A stretch of DNA of 63,749 nucleotides, the filler included, from Octopus bimaculoides (taxonomy: Eukaryota): the NCBI RefSeq assembly GCF_001194135.2. It is 7 parts of 6 records of this genome, joined end to end, with 100 filler letters (N's around TTAATTAATTAA, not from the genome) between each part and the next. Parts side by side here need not be neighbours in the genome. Positions count along the whole stretch, not along the records: positions 48,408 to 53,576 come from NC_069004.1; positions 53,677 to 59,839 come from NC_068996.1; positions 59,940 to 62,518 come from NC_068993.1; positions 62,619 to 63,749 come from NW_026303228.1; 3 more parts are not named here. One strand, 5' to 3'. Below the pieces are notes generated by a model. It had not been told where the DNA came from. It did not search any database and worked only from the letters and a program-made list of their open reading frames with translations. A program made the translations under genes and the position numbers. Position 1 is the stretch's first letter, and every line of letters starts with the position of its first letter. This document shows positions 52,844 through 63,749 of this stretch, one piece after another.

Positions 52844-53576
52844 GTGTATGGCACTTCAATTGTGGTTGTTGATGTCTGTTCAGTGGTTGTTGATTGTTGT
52901 TCAGTGGTTGTTGATGTATCTTCAGTGGTTGTTGATGTCTGTTCAGTGGTTGTCGATGTCTGTTCACTGGTTGTTGATATTTGTTCAGTGGTTGTTGATG
53001 GCTTTTCAGTGGTTGTTGATTGTTGTTCAGTGGTTGCTGATGTATGTTGAGTAGTTGTTGATGTCTGTTCAGTGGTTTTTGATGGTTGTACAGTGGTTGT
53101 TGATGTCTGTTCAGTGGTTGTTGATGGTTCTTCGGTGGTTGTCGATGTCTGTTCACTGGTTGTTGATGTTTGTTCAGTGGTTGTTGATTGTTGTTCAGTG
53201 GTTGTTGATGGCTGTTCAGTGGTTGTTGATTGTTGTTCAGCGGTTGCTGATGTCTGTTCAGTGGTTGTTGATGGTTGTTCAGTGGTTGTTGATGTCTGTT
53301 CAGTGGTTGTCGATGGTTGTTCAGCGGTTGTTGATGTCTGTTCAGTGGTTGTCGATGGTTGTTCAGTGGTTGTTGATTGTTGTTCAGTGGTTGTTGATGT
53401 CTGTTCAGTGGTTGTTGATGTCTGTTCACTTGTTGGTGATGTCTGTTCACTGGTTGTTGATGTTTGTTCATTGATTGTTGATTGTTGTTCAGTGGTTGTT
53501 GATGGTTGTTCAGTGGCTGTTGATTGCTGTTCAGTGGTTGTTGATGATTGTTCAGTGGTTGTTGATTGTTGTTCAG
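52844..53576 (-). CDS. Mucin PTS tandem-repeat exon (partial, both ends in gaps), (TTTEQxS)n
   Basis: About 34 units of 21 bp with substitutions but no frameshift, ending TTTIEVPYT; same strand as and upstream of the SEA exons. Confidence 0.85.
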
Positions 53577-54014
53577 NNNNNNNNNNNNNNNNNNNNNNNN
53601 NNNNNNNNNNNNNNNNNNNNTTAATTAATTAANNNNNNNNNNNNNNNNNNNNNNNNNNNNNNNNNNNNNNNNNNNNATATATATATATGTATGTATGTAT
53701 ATATATATATCTATCTATATAAATATACACATATATATACATATATATATATATGTACATATATATAACTATATAACTGTATAATGATATATCACAATAA
53801 TATTTATTCGCTGATTTGAAGTGACAATTTTTAAATACAAAGAAATGACTGAAAATTGATGAGCTAACCTCAGGCAGAATCAAAACCACAAATCAATGCT
53901 TGCATGCTGTGTCTCTCCGTAACTTACAAAGCCTTTCAGGTTTGTTTATAAATACTATATATAGTATACACACACACACACAAATATATACATGCACACA
54001 CAGAGATGTGTGTG

Positions 54015-54210
54015 TGTGTCCCACCATCACTTGACAACTGTTGTGTTTGTTTACATCTCTGTAACTTAGTAGTTCAGCAAAAGCGACTGATAGAATAAGC
54101 ACCAAATTTTTATCATAAAAAGGAAGTCCTTGGGTCAATTTGTTTGAATATACCTTTCAAGATAGTGCTGCAGCAAGGCCACAGTCAAATGACTAAAACA
54201 AGTAAAAAGA
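54015..54210 (+). mobile_element. SINE family A 3' half, CpG-decayed
   Basis: Family motifs with CG replaced by TG or CA. Confidence 0.75.
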
Positions 54211-54399
54211 AAAATGATAAAAATACACACACAGCATATTCCCTAAGATGGAGGAATATGCCTGGGCTTTGTAGGCATTAAGAAGACTCATTAAGAAAAA
54301 TACCTTCTTAATTTGGGGACTTGGTCTAAACAAGGTTCTGATTATCTCTTTTGCACCTGGGACCACCCTATTACTATAATCCAAATTTCTTGTATTACA

Positions 54400-55280
54400 C
54401 TTCAACATTCAGATTTCTTTGTTAAATGTGATGCTTATTTATTCACATCACTCTGGAATTAATCATGTCTTATCTCATAGCTTTGAGATTTTGATGATGT
54501 GATTGTTTATTTGTAGAATGACATTGTAGGATATGGCATGTTTGATCATAAAACAGGTAAAGTATTCAGGCCAGTTTAGCCTTTTAACATTCACAGATTA
54601 TTCTGTCAAATGTCATCCTTATTCATTCACAATGTTTTGGAATTAATCATGTCTTATCTCATAGCTTTGAAATTTCAGTGATGTGACTCTTAATTTTTAG
54701 AAAGACATTGTGGATTAAGTGTGAGAGGCTGGATCTGTAAAAAATGTAAAAAAAGGTAGAATATTCAGGGTGGATGCAGCCTTCAACATTCAGTGATGCT
54801 TATCTATTCACATTTGAGCGAGGTCGTTGCCAGTGCTGTTGGACTGGCTCCTGTGCAGGTGGCGCGTAAAAAACACCATTTTGAGTGTGGCCGTTGCCAG
54901 TACCGTGTGACTGGCCCTTGTGCTAGTGGCATGTAAAAGCACCCACTACACTCTCTGAGTAGTTGGCGTTAGGAAGGGCATCCAGCTGTAGAAACTCTGC
55001 CAAATCAGATTGGAGCTTGGTGTAGCCATCCGGTTTCACCAGTCCTCAGTCAAATTGTCCAACCCATGCTAGCATGGAAAGCGGACGTTAAACGATGATG
55101 ATGATTGTTTTCACTTAATCATGCATTATCTAGTAGCTACAAAATGTCATTGATGTGATTGTCTATTTTTAGAATGACATTGTAAGATAAATGTGAGAAG
55201 CCAGATCTGACCAGTCTGAACACAAAACAGTCAGAATGTTTCGGTTGTATATGGCTGATTTAAATGCTAAAGAGTTAAAA
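54400..55280. mobile_element. Tandem copies of a piggyBac-like MITE (interrupted by SINE family D at 54815-55105)
   Basis: Repeated cattcagatt..ggaattaatcatg..tagaatgacattgtag unit; ends aatgctaaagagttaa. Confidence 0.6.
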
Positions 55281-55744
55281 TGATCTAAACTAAAATCTCA
55301 CATCAAAATATATACTTATGATCTAAGAGATTCTGCCCATCACCATTCTATTTTTTTTTTTTTNNNNNNNNNNTTTTTTTTTTTGTATGTGTCTTTCGTT
55401 TTTATCTTTAAAAAAATGACAGGTGTGATTTAAAGGAGATTTGGCTTCCATTTCTAGCAGCTTGAACAACCATATAGGAACTGTCCCATTTGTCCATGAA
55501 ACTGTTGTTGTTTTTGCAGTGGCTGTTGTTTTCAGTGCAACTCAAATTTTATTGAACAGATTTTTTTTTATCAAAAGTCTTCCAACTATGCCCATCATGT
55601 TTGTTTTTTTTCTTTTTTAGGGTTATCTAGGAATACATTATCCAATGTAGTTCTTCACTTTTTAAGACAGAAGTATGTGATTTGTGGGACATTTGGCTGC
55701 TATATTTTGTAGGTCAAACTACTGATTAAACGCTCCTTCAATGC

Positions 55745-55813
55745 ACTGGCTGTTGTTGCTGTTGCTGGTGGTGGTGGTGATGGTGGTGGTGGTGGTGGTG
55801 CTGCTGCTGCTGC

Positions 55814-55844
<31 letters not shown>

Positions 55845-55990
55845 GGTGGTGCTGGTGCTTGTGGTGGTGCTGGTGCTGGNNNNNNNNNNNTAGTAGTACG
55901 ATGAGGAGGAGGAGGAGGAATAGTTGTAGTGCTGGTGCTGGTGCTGGTGGTGGCAGTGGTGGTGGTGGTGGTGGTGTTATTGTTGTTGGT
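55745..55990. repeat. (GGT)n/(GCT)n/(GGA)n trinucleotide array
   Basis: Direct reading. Confidence 0.9.
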
Positions 55991-56307
55991 ACTGTTGTTT
56001 GTTTGTATCACCTTATTCCAGGTATTATTGTTTATGAATCTTTTTATCTCCTGAGTAAAATGGCAGTTTCTGTGTTGCTTTGTTGTGATTCAAAGTATTT
56101 TCAAGTAAAATTCTTTTACTTCACATTTTGTGCTTGTAAGTTCGTGTGGGAATTTTCAATGTTTGAGGTTCAACTAACGTTTTTTGATGTTCTTTATTGT
56201 CTTTTAAGCAAAAGTTGGTTGTCATTTTTCTGAGTTTTTCTCACACTTACTGTTAGCCTCATTTTGCTAGTTTTCTATGTCAACTTGACTGTCATCACCA
56301 ATTTGGT

Positions 56308-56745
56308 TTTAACCCTTCACAAGCATTCAGATTACGCTGTCAAATATGATGTTTATTTATTCACTTTGCTTTGATTTAATAATGCATTACTTCATAGATT
56401 TAGGATTTTGATGATGTGATTGTTTATTCTTAGAATGACATCACACGGGAGGTATGAGAGGATATATCTGGTCAGTTTTAACATAAAACAGGTCGTATAT
56501 TTTGACCAGATATGGTCAATTTAACCATTCAGCATTTGAATTATTCTATCAAATGCAATGTTTATTTATCCACATTATTTTGAATTAATCATGCATTATC
56601 TCATAGCTTTAAGATTTCAATGATGCGATTGTTTATTTTCAGAATGACATTGCAGGGTAGCTATGAGAGACCAGATCTATCCAGTTTGAACATAAAACAG
56701 GGAGAACATTTGGACCAGATATAACTAGTTTAAACACTAAAAGGT
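56308..56745. mobile_element. Two more copies of the piggyBac-like MITE
   Basis: Starts TTAACCC; same unit as 54400-55280. Confidence 0.6.
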
Positions 56746-56964
56746 CAAGGGTAAGAACTACTCCAAACTATAAAGTATTTCTCTAAATTGATAAGCTGCT
56801 TGATGTTTTTAGACTTTACATAATCCTAGAGAGAGTTTACATCCATTAATTATCAGTAAATCAAAATTTTTCAATTTTCTATCTTATATTTTAGACAATT
56901 TTATAGAAGCCATGTTTTCTAAACTTCCTCTGCCTCTGGTACAAAAGAAAAGCAACATTCATCA

Positions 56965-57320
56965 CCATCATCATCATCGTTTAACGTCCGCTTTCCATGC
57001 TAGCATGGGTTGGACGATTTGACTGAGGTCTGGATAGCCAGCAGCTGCACCAAGCTCCAATCTGATCTGGCAGAGTTTCTACAACTGGATGTCCTTCCTA
57101 ACACCAACCACTCCGAGAGAGTAGTGGGTGCTTTTTACGTGCCACCAGCACGAGGGCCAGTCACACAGTACTGGTAATGGCCACGCTCAAAATGGTGTTT
57201 TTTATGTGCCACCTGAACGGGAGCCAGTCCAGCAGCACTGGCAATGACCTCGCTCGAATGATTTTCTAACGTGCCACCAGCACAAGTGCCAGTAAGGCAA
57301 CGCTGGTAACGATTACGCTC
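56965..57320 (-). mobile_element. SINE family D (also 63720-63749)
   Basis: catcatcatcgtttaacgtccgctttccatgctagc terminus. Confidence 0.8.
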
Positions 57321-57429
57321 TAACATTGGATATACTAAAAGAAACTTTCTGTAATAGCAGGCTAAAATGGTATGACGCTAGATGTTTTATTTACAACCAT
57401 TAAACTCTGTAATATTTATGGTACACTTA

Positions 57430-58030
57430 AGGTGGTGAGCTGACAGAATCATTAGCATGCTGAGCAAAATGCTTAGTAGTATTTCATCCATTTACATGCT
57501 CTGGGTTCAAATTCCACCAAGGTCCACTTTGACTTTTGTCCTTTTGGAGTTGGTAAAATAAGTGTCAGTTGAACAATGGAGCCAATGTAATTGACTTTTC
57601 CCTTCCCCTGAACTTCCTGACCCCATGCCAAAATTTGAAACCAATATTTATGGGACAGTTAAAGACTTTTCAAGAACTATACAATTTTTTATCGGACATG
57701 TGAAACAACCAAAACATATTTTTCTTCCACTCTTGGACTCATACTGATGGTTATCCTGTTTCTATGATGTTTAATTGACCAAGATCACATTCCCCCTGAA
57801 TGGGGTAGTAATCCAGAGCAGAGTTTAAGGTAAACAATTCCGAGGTATTGAGGGTCAAGTTGTTTACATCAACCACCCCTGTACTTGCCTGGTATTTTAT
57901 TTTAATCAAACCCAAAGGGATGAAAAGGAAAGGCAAAGCTGGATTCTGTGGCATTTGAACTCTGAAAGTAAAGAGACAGAAGAAATACTGTTAAATACAT
58001 GCTAATAATTCTGCTACCTCACTGCCTTAC
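57430..58030. mobile_element. Two CpG-decayed SINE family B copies (57430-57650 +, 57850-58030 -)
   Basis: ggtgagctgacagaatcattagcatgctgagcaaaatgcttag head. Confidence 0.7.
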
Positions 58031-58472
58031 CAGAAGAATTACCCCTAAATAAATGTTACATCAACACAAATGGATAAACACGAACTTTTTGAACACAGAT
58101 TTATCATCTGATTAGTATATCTAGAAATCTCCTCTGAAGTATTTCCTCCTTGATCTTATTACTGATATTTATTCCGGTCGTAACCATCTTGACTTTTGAT
58201 TAGGCATAATGAATCTAATGTCTCCTAAACATTCTTTTTTTTAAGATGGTAGAATGTAATTTGAAAGAGCATCCATTTCTAGTTGGTCAAGCAACAGTGT
58301 AAAAGGCTTCCACATCAGCTCAAACTTCACTGCACAAACTCAAACTTCAAAGTTCCCAGGTCAACTTTAACAGAATAGACCAAGGGTATCTAGAAATACA
58401 TTATCCAAAATGTCCTACTTAAAACAGTACTGTATAATTTGTGGGAGGTTTCATTTTTGTTAGGTTTTGCAG

Positions 58473-58569
58473 GTTATGTGGCCTCGTAGAGTTACCTTTT
58501 GTTGACTTGTGGAACAACTATTCTTACAAATGGTGGTCTCAGTACAATAGACCGACTGACATACTTTAA
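58473..58569 (+). CDS. Possible terminal exon of an unidentified gene: LCGLVELPFVDLWNNYSYKWWSQYNRPTDIL*
   Basis: tttttgttaggttttgcag acceptor, TAA at 58567-58569, AATAAA at 58615-58620; lies in the CpG-depleted block; a competing minus-strand reading exists. Confidence 0.35.
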
Positions 58570-59004
58570 TGACAGTGTGAGAACGAGCAAGTCTCTTTCC
58601 TAGAAAGAAACAACAATAAATTACGTTCAGACTTTATTTACTATCTGTCACAACTGGTGAATAACAGTGCTGTTGGTTACATGGTTCCATTGAATCAAAT
58701 GCAGGTTCTTGGCATTTCTCATGCTGAGAGCAACAAGAGGAAGCATCACTGATTTTTTTCAGTTTGTTGCAAATCTTTATAAGTTCTTTGTGAATATAGA
58801 TTGGCAAAGTATACACATACCGCTCAAAAAGCAAATTCTAATATCAGCTAATGGAGTCGGTATATTATTTATAGAGTCTCATAACAACCAATCTTGCATT
58901 GCTGAATGCTTCTGTATTTAAAAATTCTTTCTGGAATGGAAGAATAATTTAATACTCATCAGAAAAGTATAGCATTTGCTCTTTCTGCATGGTGTTCTCT
59001 ACCA

Positions 59005-59074
59005 TAGCTTTCAGCCGATCGATCAAAGCTTTGTGAGCCAATCTGTTAGATGGAAACTGAAAGAAGCCCATTGT

Positions 59075-59151
<77 letters not shown>

Positions 59152-59375
59152 TGTGTGTCTGTGTGTGTGTCTGTGCTTGTCCCTCACCACCACTTGACAA
59201 CAGTGTTGGTGGGTTTACATCCCTACAACTTAGCAGTTCAGCAAAAGAGAGCGATAAAATAAGTAACAGGTTCAAAAAAATAAATACATATGCGATTGAG
59301 TCATTCAACTAAAATTCATCAACGTGGTGCCCCAGCATGGCCACAGTGCAATGATTGACACAAATGAAAGATGAA
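59005..59375 (+). mobile_element. SINE family A, CpG-decayed, with (GT)n
   Basis: Family motifs with CpG loss. Confidence 0.75.
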
Positions 59376-59469
59376 AGATTTACATTATTTATGATAATAA
59401 TGATGATAATAATAATAATAATAATAATAACAATAATAATAATAATAATAATAATATTAATAATAATAA

Positions 59470-59839
59470 TGAATGCCCAGATGCAGTACCAGGCAGTGGC
59501 TCTCATGGTTTCTGATCTTAATTAGTTGGAAGTGTTATGTATATTGTTTTGTCTTGGCATAAAAGATGGGCTACAGCAAATATTCTGCTTAATACCACAG
59601 ATTTGCTTGTCAGTTGTTTGACCTTAACCAGTTGAGCATGTCCCTTGGTGGCTGACGATATGTGCATTTCTGATCATGAGCAGAAGTAGTGGGGGAGCAT
59701 CATAGCCATGTGTTGAGAGGAATTCTTTGGGGTTTGAATAATTCACCTTTGGAAACATGGGTGTTTTGCTCAACATCCTTAAACAACCCTTTATTCAGAG
59801 ACATTTTGAGCAGGATGGGCTACTTGACCTGAAGAAAAT
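59470..59839. repeat. Interspersed repeat of unclassified family
   Basis: Follows an (AAT)n run; resembles an abundant octopus repeat as recalled, not verified. Confidence 0.45.
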
Positions 59840-59983
59840 NNNNNNNNNNNNNNNNNNNNNNNNNNNNNNNNNNNNNNNNNNNNTTAATTAATTAANNNNN
59901 NNNNNNNNNNNNNNNNNNNNNNNNNNNNNNNNNNNNNNNATATATGTATATATATATATATATTTATACATATATATATATAC

Positions 59984-60015
<32 letters not shown>

Positions 60016-61149
60016 TCATATATATACAGTTATGTATATGTGTATATATATATATATATAGGTATATATACATGTGTGTACCTCTGTGTGTGTGCGTGTA
60101 TGTGTGTGAATATGTTTCTATATACACTAAAACAGGAATAGGAACCAGGATGTTTTCCTTTATTGGTTACTACCAGAGCGATTTCAGAAAAACAGGATAT
60201 ATTTTTAGATAAACAATCTTGACGGAACCATCACACTGGTCAACATGATTTTTGGTGTCAAAAAACAAACACATTTTTTTAGCTAATTTGATGGCGCTGA
60301 TTCCGAAAATGACCTTAGTTTTTTATGGTTAGCTACTGTTTATGCTGTACTGAAATTGCTCATTTTCGGAAAAAAGATCAATTTACGATCTTGGCTGACC
60401 GCAAAATTTAGTTTAAAAAGGTAGTAGAAACCCATGAATTTTCAGATAGGCCAAGCAATTTAGTACCTAGGATATTCCGATGATGTAAAATGTCTGTTCA
60501 GATTGGAATATAGTAAACGTTAAATACAGGTTGTTGGCGAAAACAGTAGAAAACCTATTACAACGAACTGAAATACTCTTGTCCTAAAAACATGGCTTCT
60601 TTATCTACTCCAGCCAACTCATGAAAGGTTTATAGGCAGGCAGAGACGTGGAGTGCTAGTGGTGACTTGACTAGAAGTTTTCATCACTCGTGCACGCAAA
60701 AACTCAAAACATTTTTGTGGTATATTTTCCTTTAATTATAAATTACTTTAATCAATTCGCTGAACTTTCTATTTATTCAGTCAGAATATGTATGCTTAAT
60801 CAGTTTTTAATTTGCTTCTAAATATGTATCGCATAACATCATCCACACCACCCCTCGCCTTTGCATAACTTGTTCACAACAGTCACAAGTTTTCATATTG
60901 TTTAATGTTTCTTCAACTACACCGTTTTGGACTTTTGTGTTCAGTTAAGTGGAGATTGTTGTTGTTGTTGCTGCTGCTGCTACTGTTGTTGTTGCTGTTG
61001 TTGTTGTTCTTCTTATTATTATTGGAATCTAGAATAGAGGGAGCTAGAAATTACTGGTGGTGAAATTGGCTCTTAATCATTTCTTCAATAACAAGCATGA
61101 AGGTAACCTTCTCAGAGCTAGGACACATGTTCTAAGACACAAGAGGATG

Positions 61150-62420
61150 GACCCGGCGCAACGCGGCAACAAAGCCACAATTCTATCTTTGGCGGACTAG
61201 GACGGACACTTGGCACTCGAAGCCAAGCAGATGTGAACGGAATTTCCAAAACTATACACAGCGCACTTTGGGTCGATGGGAGTGGATTTCACCTCCTACC
61301 ACGATTGCATGCCGCACCTTTCGGTCAGGGTTGCGGTGTTCTGCGAAATGTCGATAATAGCCGAAAACATTCCGAACCAAATGACTAGCTGCACAAGGGA
61401 GAAGTTTCCGGGGCTGGATAGTCTGCCTTTCGAGCTTTAAATTCATATACCAGACTTGTCCGGTGACCTCTTCACGGATGTCTACTGAAAATGGCAACAG
61501 AACGGGAAAACTCCTAATGTTGTGAGTCGATATCCTGGTGGTGCAACAGAGAAAGGGCCTGAACAAGAGGAAAGAGACACTTTTAGGCCTGTAACTCTGC
61601 TAAACGCAGATTACATGATTTGGGCTAAAGTGTCGTGTCAATAAACTGGTCGGTGGCGCGCAAACATGCGCTATCCCAAAGGGATCTATTCGTGACAACC
61701 TCCACCTCACGAATTACATCATCGACGGAGTAGGTAAGAAACCTGGCATGGATGGGGCCTTGACCAAGTTGCATCAATCAAAAGCTTTCGGTAGGGTCGA
61801 CTAGAAATATATAGAGGCTATCTCTGCAGCGGTTAGACTCGGCCTCGTTTTCAGAGGCTAGATCGGTGCAATGTACAATGACATTTGTTTTGTGGTCAAA
61901 GTAAACGGCCACTTATCGGAATCGTTTAGCATCGTTCGTTCGGTCTGTCAAGGATACCCACTCTCGCCCCTTCTATACATGCTGGTTCTCGAGCTATTAC
62001 TAAGGAAATTGGATGTTTCGAGGGGCATTCCGCGTGAACTAGGATGCAGAAGATTCGTGTCAGCTTATACGGATGACGTCACTGTAATAGTGCCGGGCAC
62101 CGCGGAAATCGAACTGATCACCACTATCTTAAGGGAGTACGAAACGGTGACAGGAGCAAAGATTAACCAGAAGCCGGTCGATCTAGAGGGCAGCTCCATG
62201 TCGTCCGACAGCATCGTAGCTTCCAGGACAGATGGACCGGTTAAATTGCTCTGGATCTGATTTGATCCGGACCTCCAGTTTGACAAGAACTGGGGGAGGG
62301 TGATGACGAATAGGGTGGCTAGTCTCGCCCAGAAATGGGCAGGGGAAGGTGTGCTTCAAGAGTCGGACGGAGGTGACGAATGCGCAGATCGCTTCCGATA
62401 TCTACTAGCCCCTGACAGTC
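61150..62420 (+). mobile_element. Tx1/L1-clade LINE ORF2 RT (decayed)
   Basis: KFPGLDSLPFE, TFRPVTLLNADY, QSKAFGRVD, SVCQGYPLSPLLY, VSAYTDDV, GAKINQK; stops and frameshifts. Confidence 0.93.
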
Positions 62421-62484
62421 GTTCTGTGTCCTACTTTGTGTATATATATGTGTGTATATGTATGTATATATATGTGTGTGTGTG

Positions 62485-62518
<34 letters not shown>

Positions 62519-62618
62519 NNNNNNNNNNNNNNNNNNNNNNNNNNNNNNNNNNNNNNNNNNNNTTAATTAATTAANNNNNNNNNNNNNNNNNNNNNNNNNN
62601 NNNNNNNNNNNNNNNNNN

Positions 62619-62651
<33 letters not shown>

Positions 62652-63079
62652 GTATAAATTTAGTGAATGGAATAAAACGCATATGTTAACTGCATACTTT
62701 TATTTCCAGCATATGTTTCAAAGATTACAAATTATACCTTCCATAGAAATCGGTGATGTTGTTAAGAACGTAATCTTCTCTTCAGGGAAATGCATGGGAA
62801 CTAGCTTAAACGTAAGACATTTTAACCGAATGAGAACTGTAGTTGGAGAAGGTTGTTACGTAATTTATTTGAAAAAGCCGCTAGAGGTTGGGACGCTACT
62901 AGACAGAACGTTGGACAAGAAGGGAAGAAAAGAAGGAAAGAAAAAAAGAACGAAAATTTAGAGTGTAAAGTTGGGAGATAAGATGATTTAAATCCGATAA
63001 AAATTGGAGAGGAATGTTATGTTAATAATGGGATCATAAAGGGGAGTTAATCTTGTATTTCTACAAATAGTGGTGAGAT

Positions 63080-63322
63080 AAATGTGTATAATTATATATA
63101 CACATGTATACGCACATATGTATGTGTATACACACACATACTCACACACATACATACATACACCCGTATACATACATACATACACACACACATATATATA
63201 TATATATATACATACATATATATATACACATACATACACACATATATATACACATATACATACATAAACACACACATACATCACATATTTACATACACAT
63301 ACATAAACATACATACACCCAA

Positions 63323-63374
<52 letters not shown>

Positions 63375-63600
63375 GTACATATATATTTTATTAATAAAAA
63401 CAAATATATACAAACACCTACATACATATATATATATATATATAGTTTCATACATATACATGAATGTACATACACATATATATCCATACATACACACAAA
63501 CACATACACATGTATACGCACACACATATATGTGTGTGGATCCATGTATGTACATGGATACATACACGCATTAGTATACACTCCTTAGTACGTATATACA
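63080..63600. repeat. Compound (CA)/(TA)/(TACA) microsatellite
   Basis: Direct reading. Confidence 0.95.
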
Positions 63601-63749
63601 CATGGTAGTTGTGTGGTAATTGATATTAAAGCAGAGGGATATTTATAAGAAAGTGATTCTTATATTAGTTAATAAGATATTAAATGATTGATATATATAT
63701 TATATATATATCATCATCATCATCGTCGTTTAACGTCCGCTTTCCATGC

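Noticed and set aside
52844-53576. CRISPR-like regular array
   Set aside because: Contiguous 21-bp units without unique spacers, in a eukaryotic context with no cas genes.
52002-53632. Q/H/N-rich 489-aa ORF and V/C-rich plus-strand ORFs
   Set aside because: Alternative frames of the 21-bp mucin repeat; only the T/S/E/Q frame fits the adjacent SEA exons.
55700-56011. Thr/Pro-rich minus ORF as a second mucin exon
   Set aside because: Pure trinucleotide microsatellite without splice sites, lying in the linker-separated methylated block.
57784-57829. Plus exon DHIPPEWGSNPEQSLR, phase-compatible with 58473
   Set aside because: Weak acceptor, and the sequence resembles a SINE-associated segment contiguous with the adjacent repeat.

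Overview
AT-rich, microsatellite-dense animal genomic DNA with many N gaps. The SINE/LINE/MITE content suggests an octopus draft scaffold (inference from recalled repeat families). Nothing prokaryotic was found: no CRISPR, rRNA or true tRNA. Almost all ORFs in the supplied track are microsatellite or gap artefacts. The main host feature, largely missed by the ORF track, is a minus-strand mucin-like gene. It has a frame-preserving 21-bp (TTTEQxS)n Thr/Ser repeat exon (52844-53576) and three phase-compatible exons (51598-51710, 50039-50109, 48498-48655) that splice into a SEA domain with an LRNG/SLLV cleavage-type motif; a possible last exon lies at 2009-2265. The rest is mostly transposon debris: a CsRn1/Kabuki-type Gypsy, Penelope RT and GIY-YIG fragments, CR1-type, R4/Dong-type and Tx1/L1-type LINEs, a mariner fragment, three pogo/Tigger HTH relics, MITEs and four SINE families. 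Items worth follow-up are an unexplained coding-like island at 2.3-3.07 kb, the pogo-HTH cluster with a conserved intron acceptor, a Merlin-like MITE carrying telomere-like repeats, two long hairpins, and a CpG-decayed block (53677-59839) between artificial TTAATTAATTAA linkers. I found no convincing novel multi-gene system. Coordinates and counts are manual; TE boundaries are approximate.
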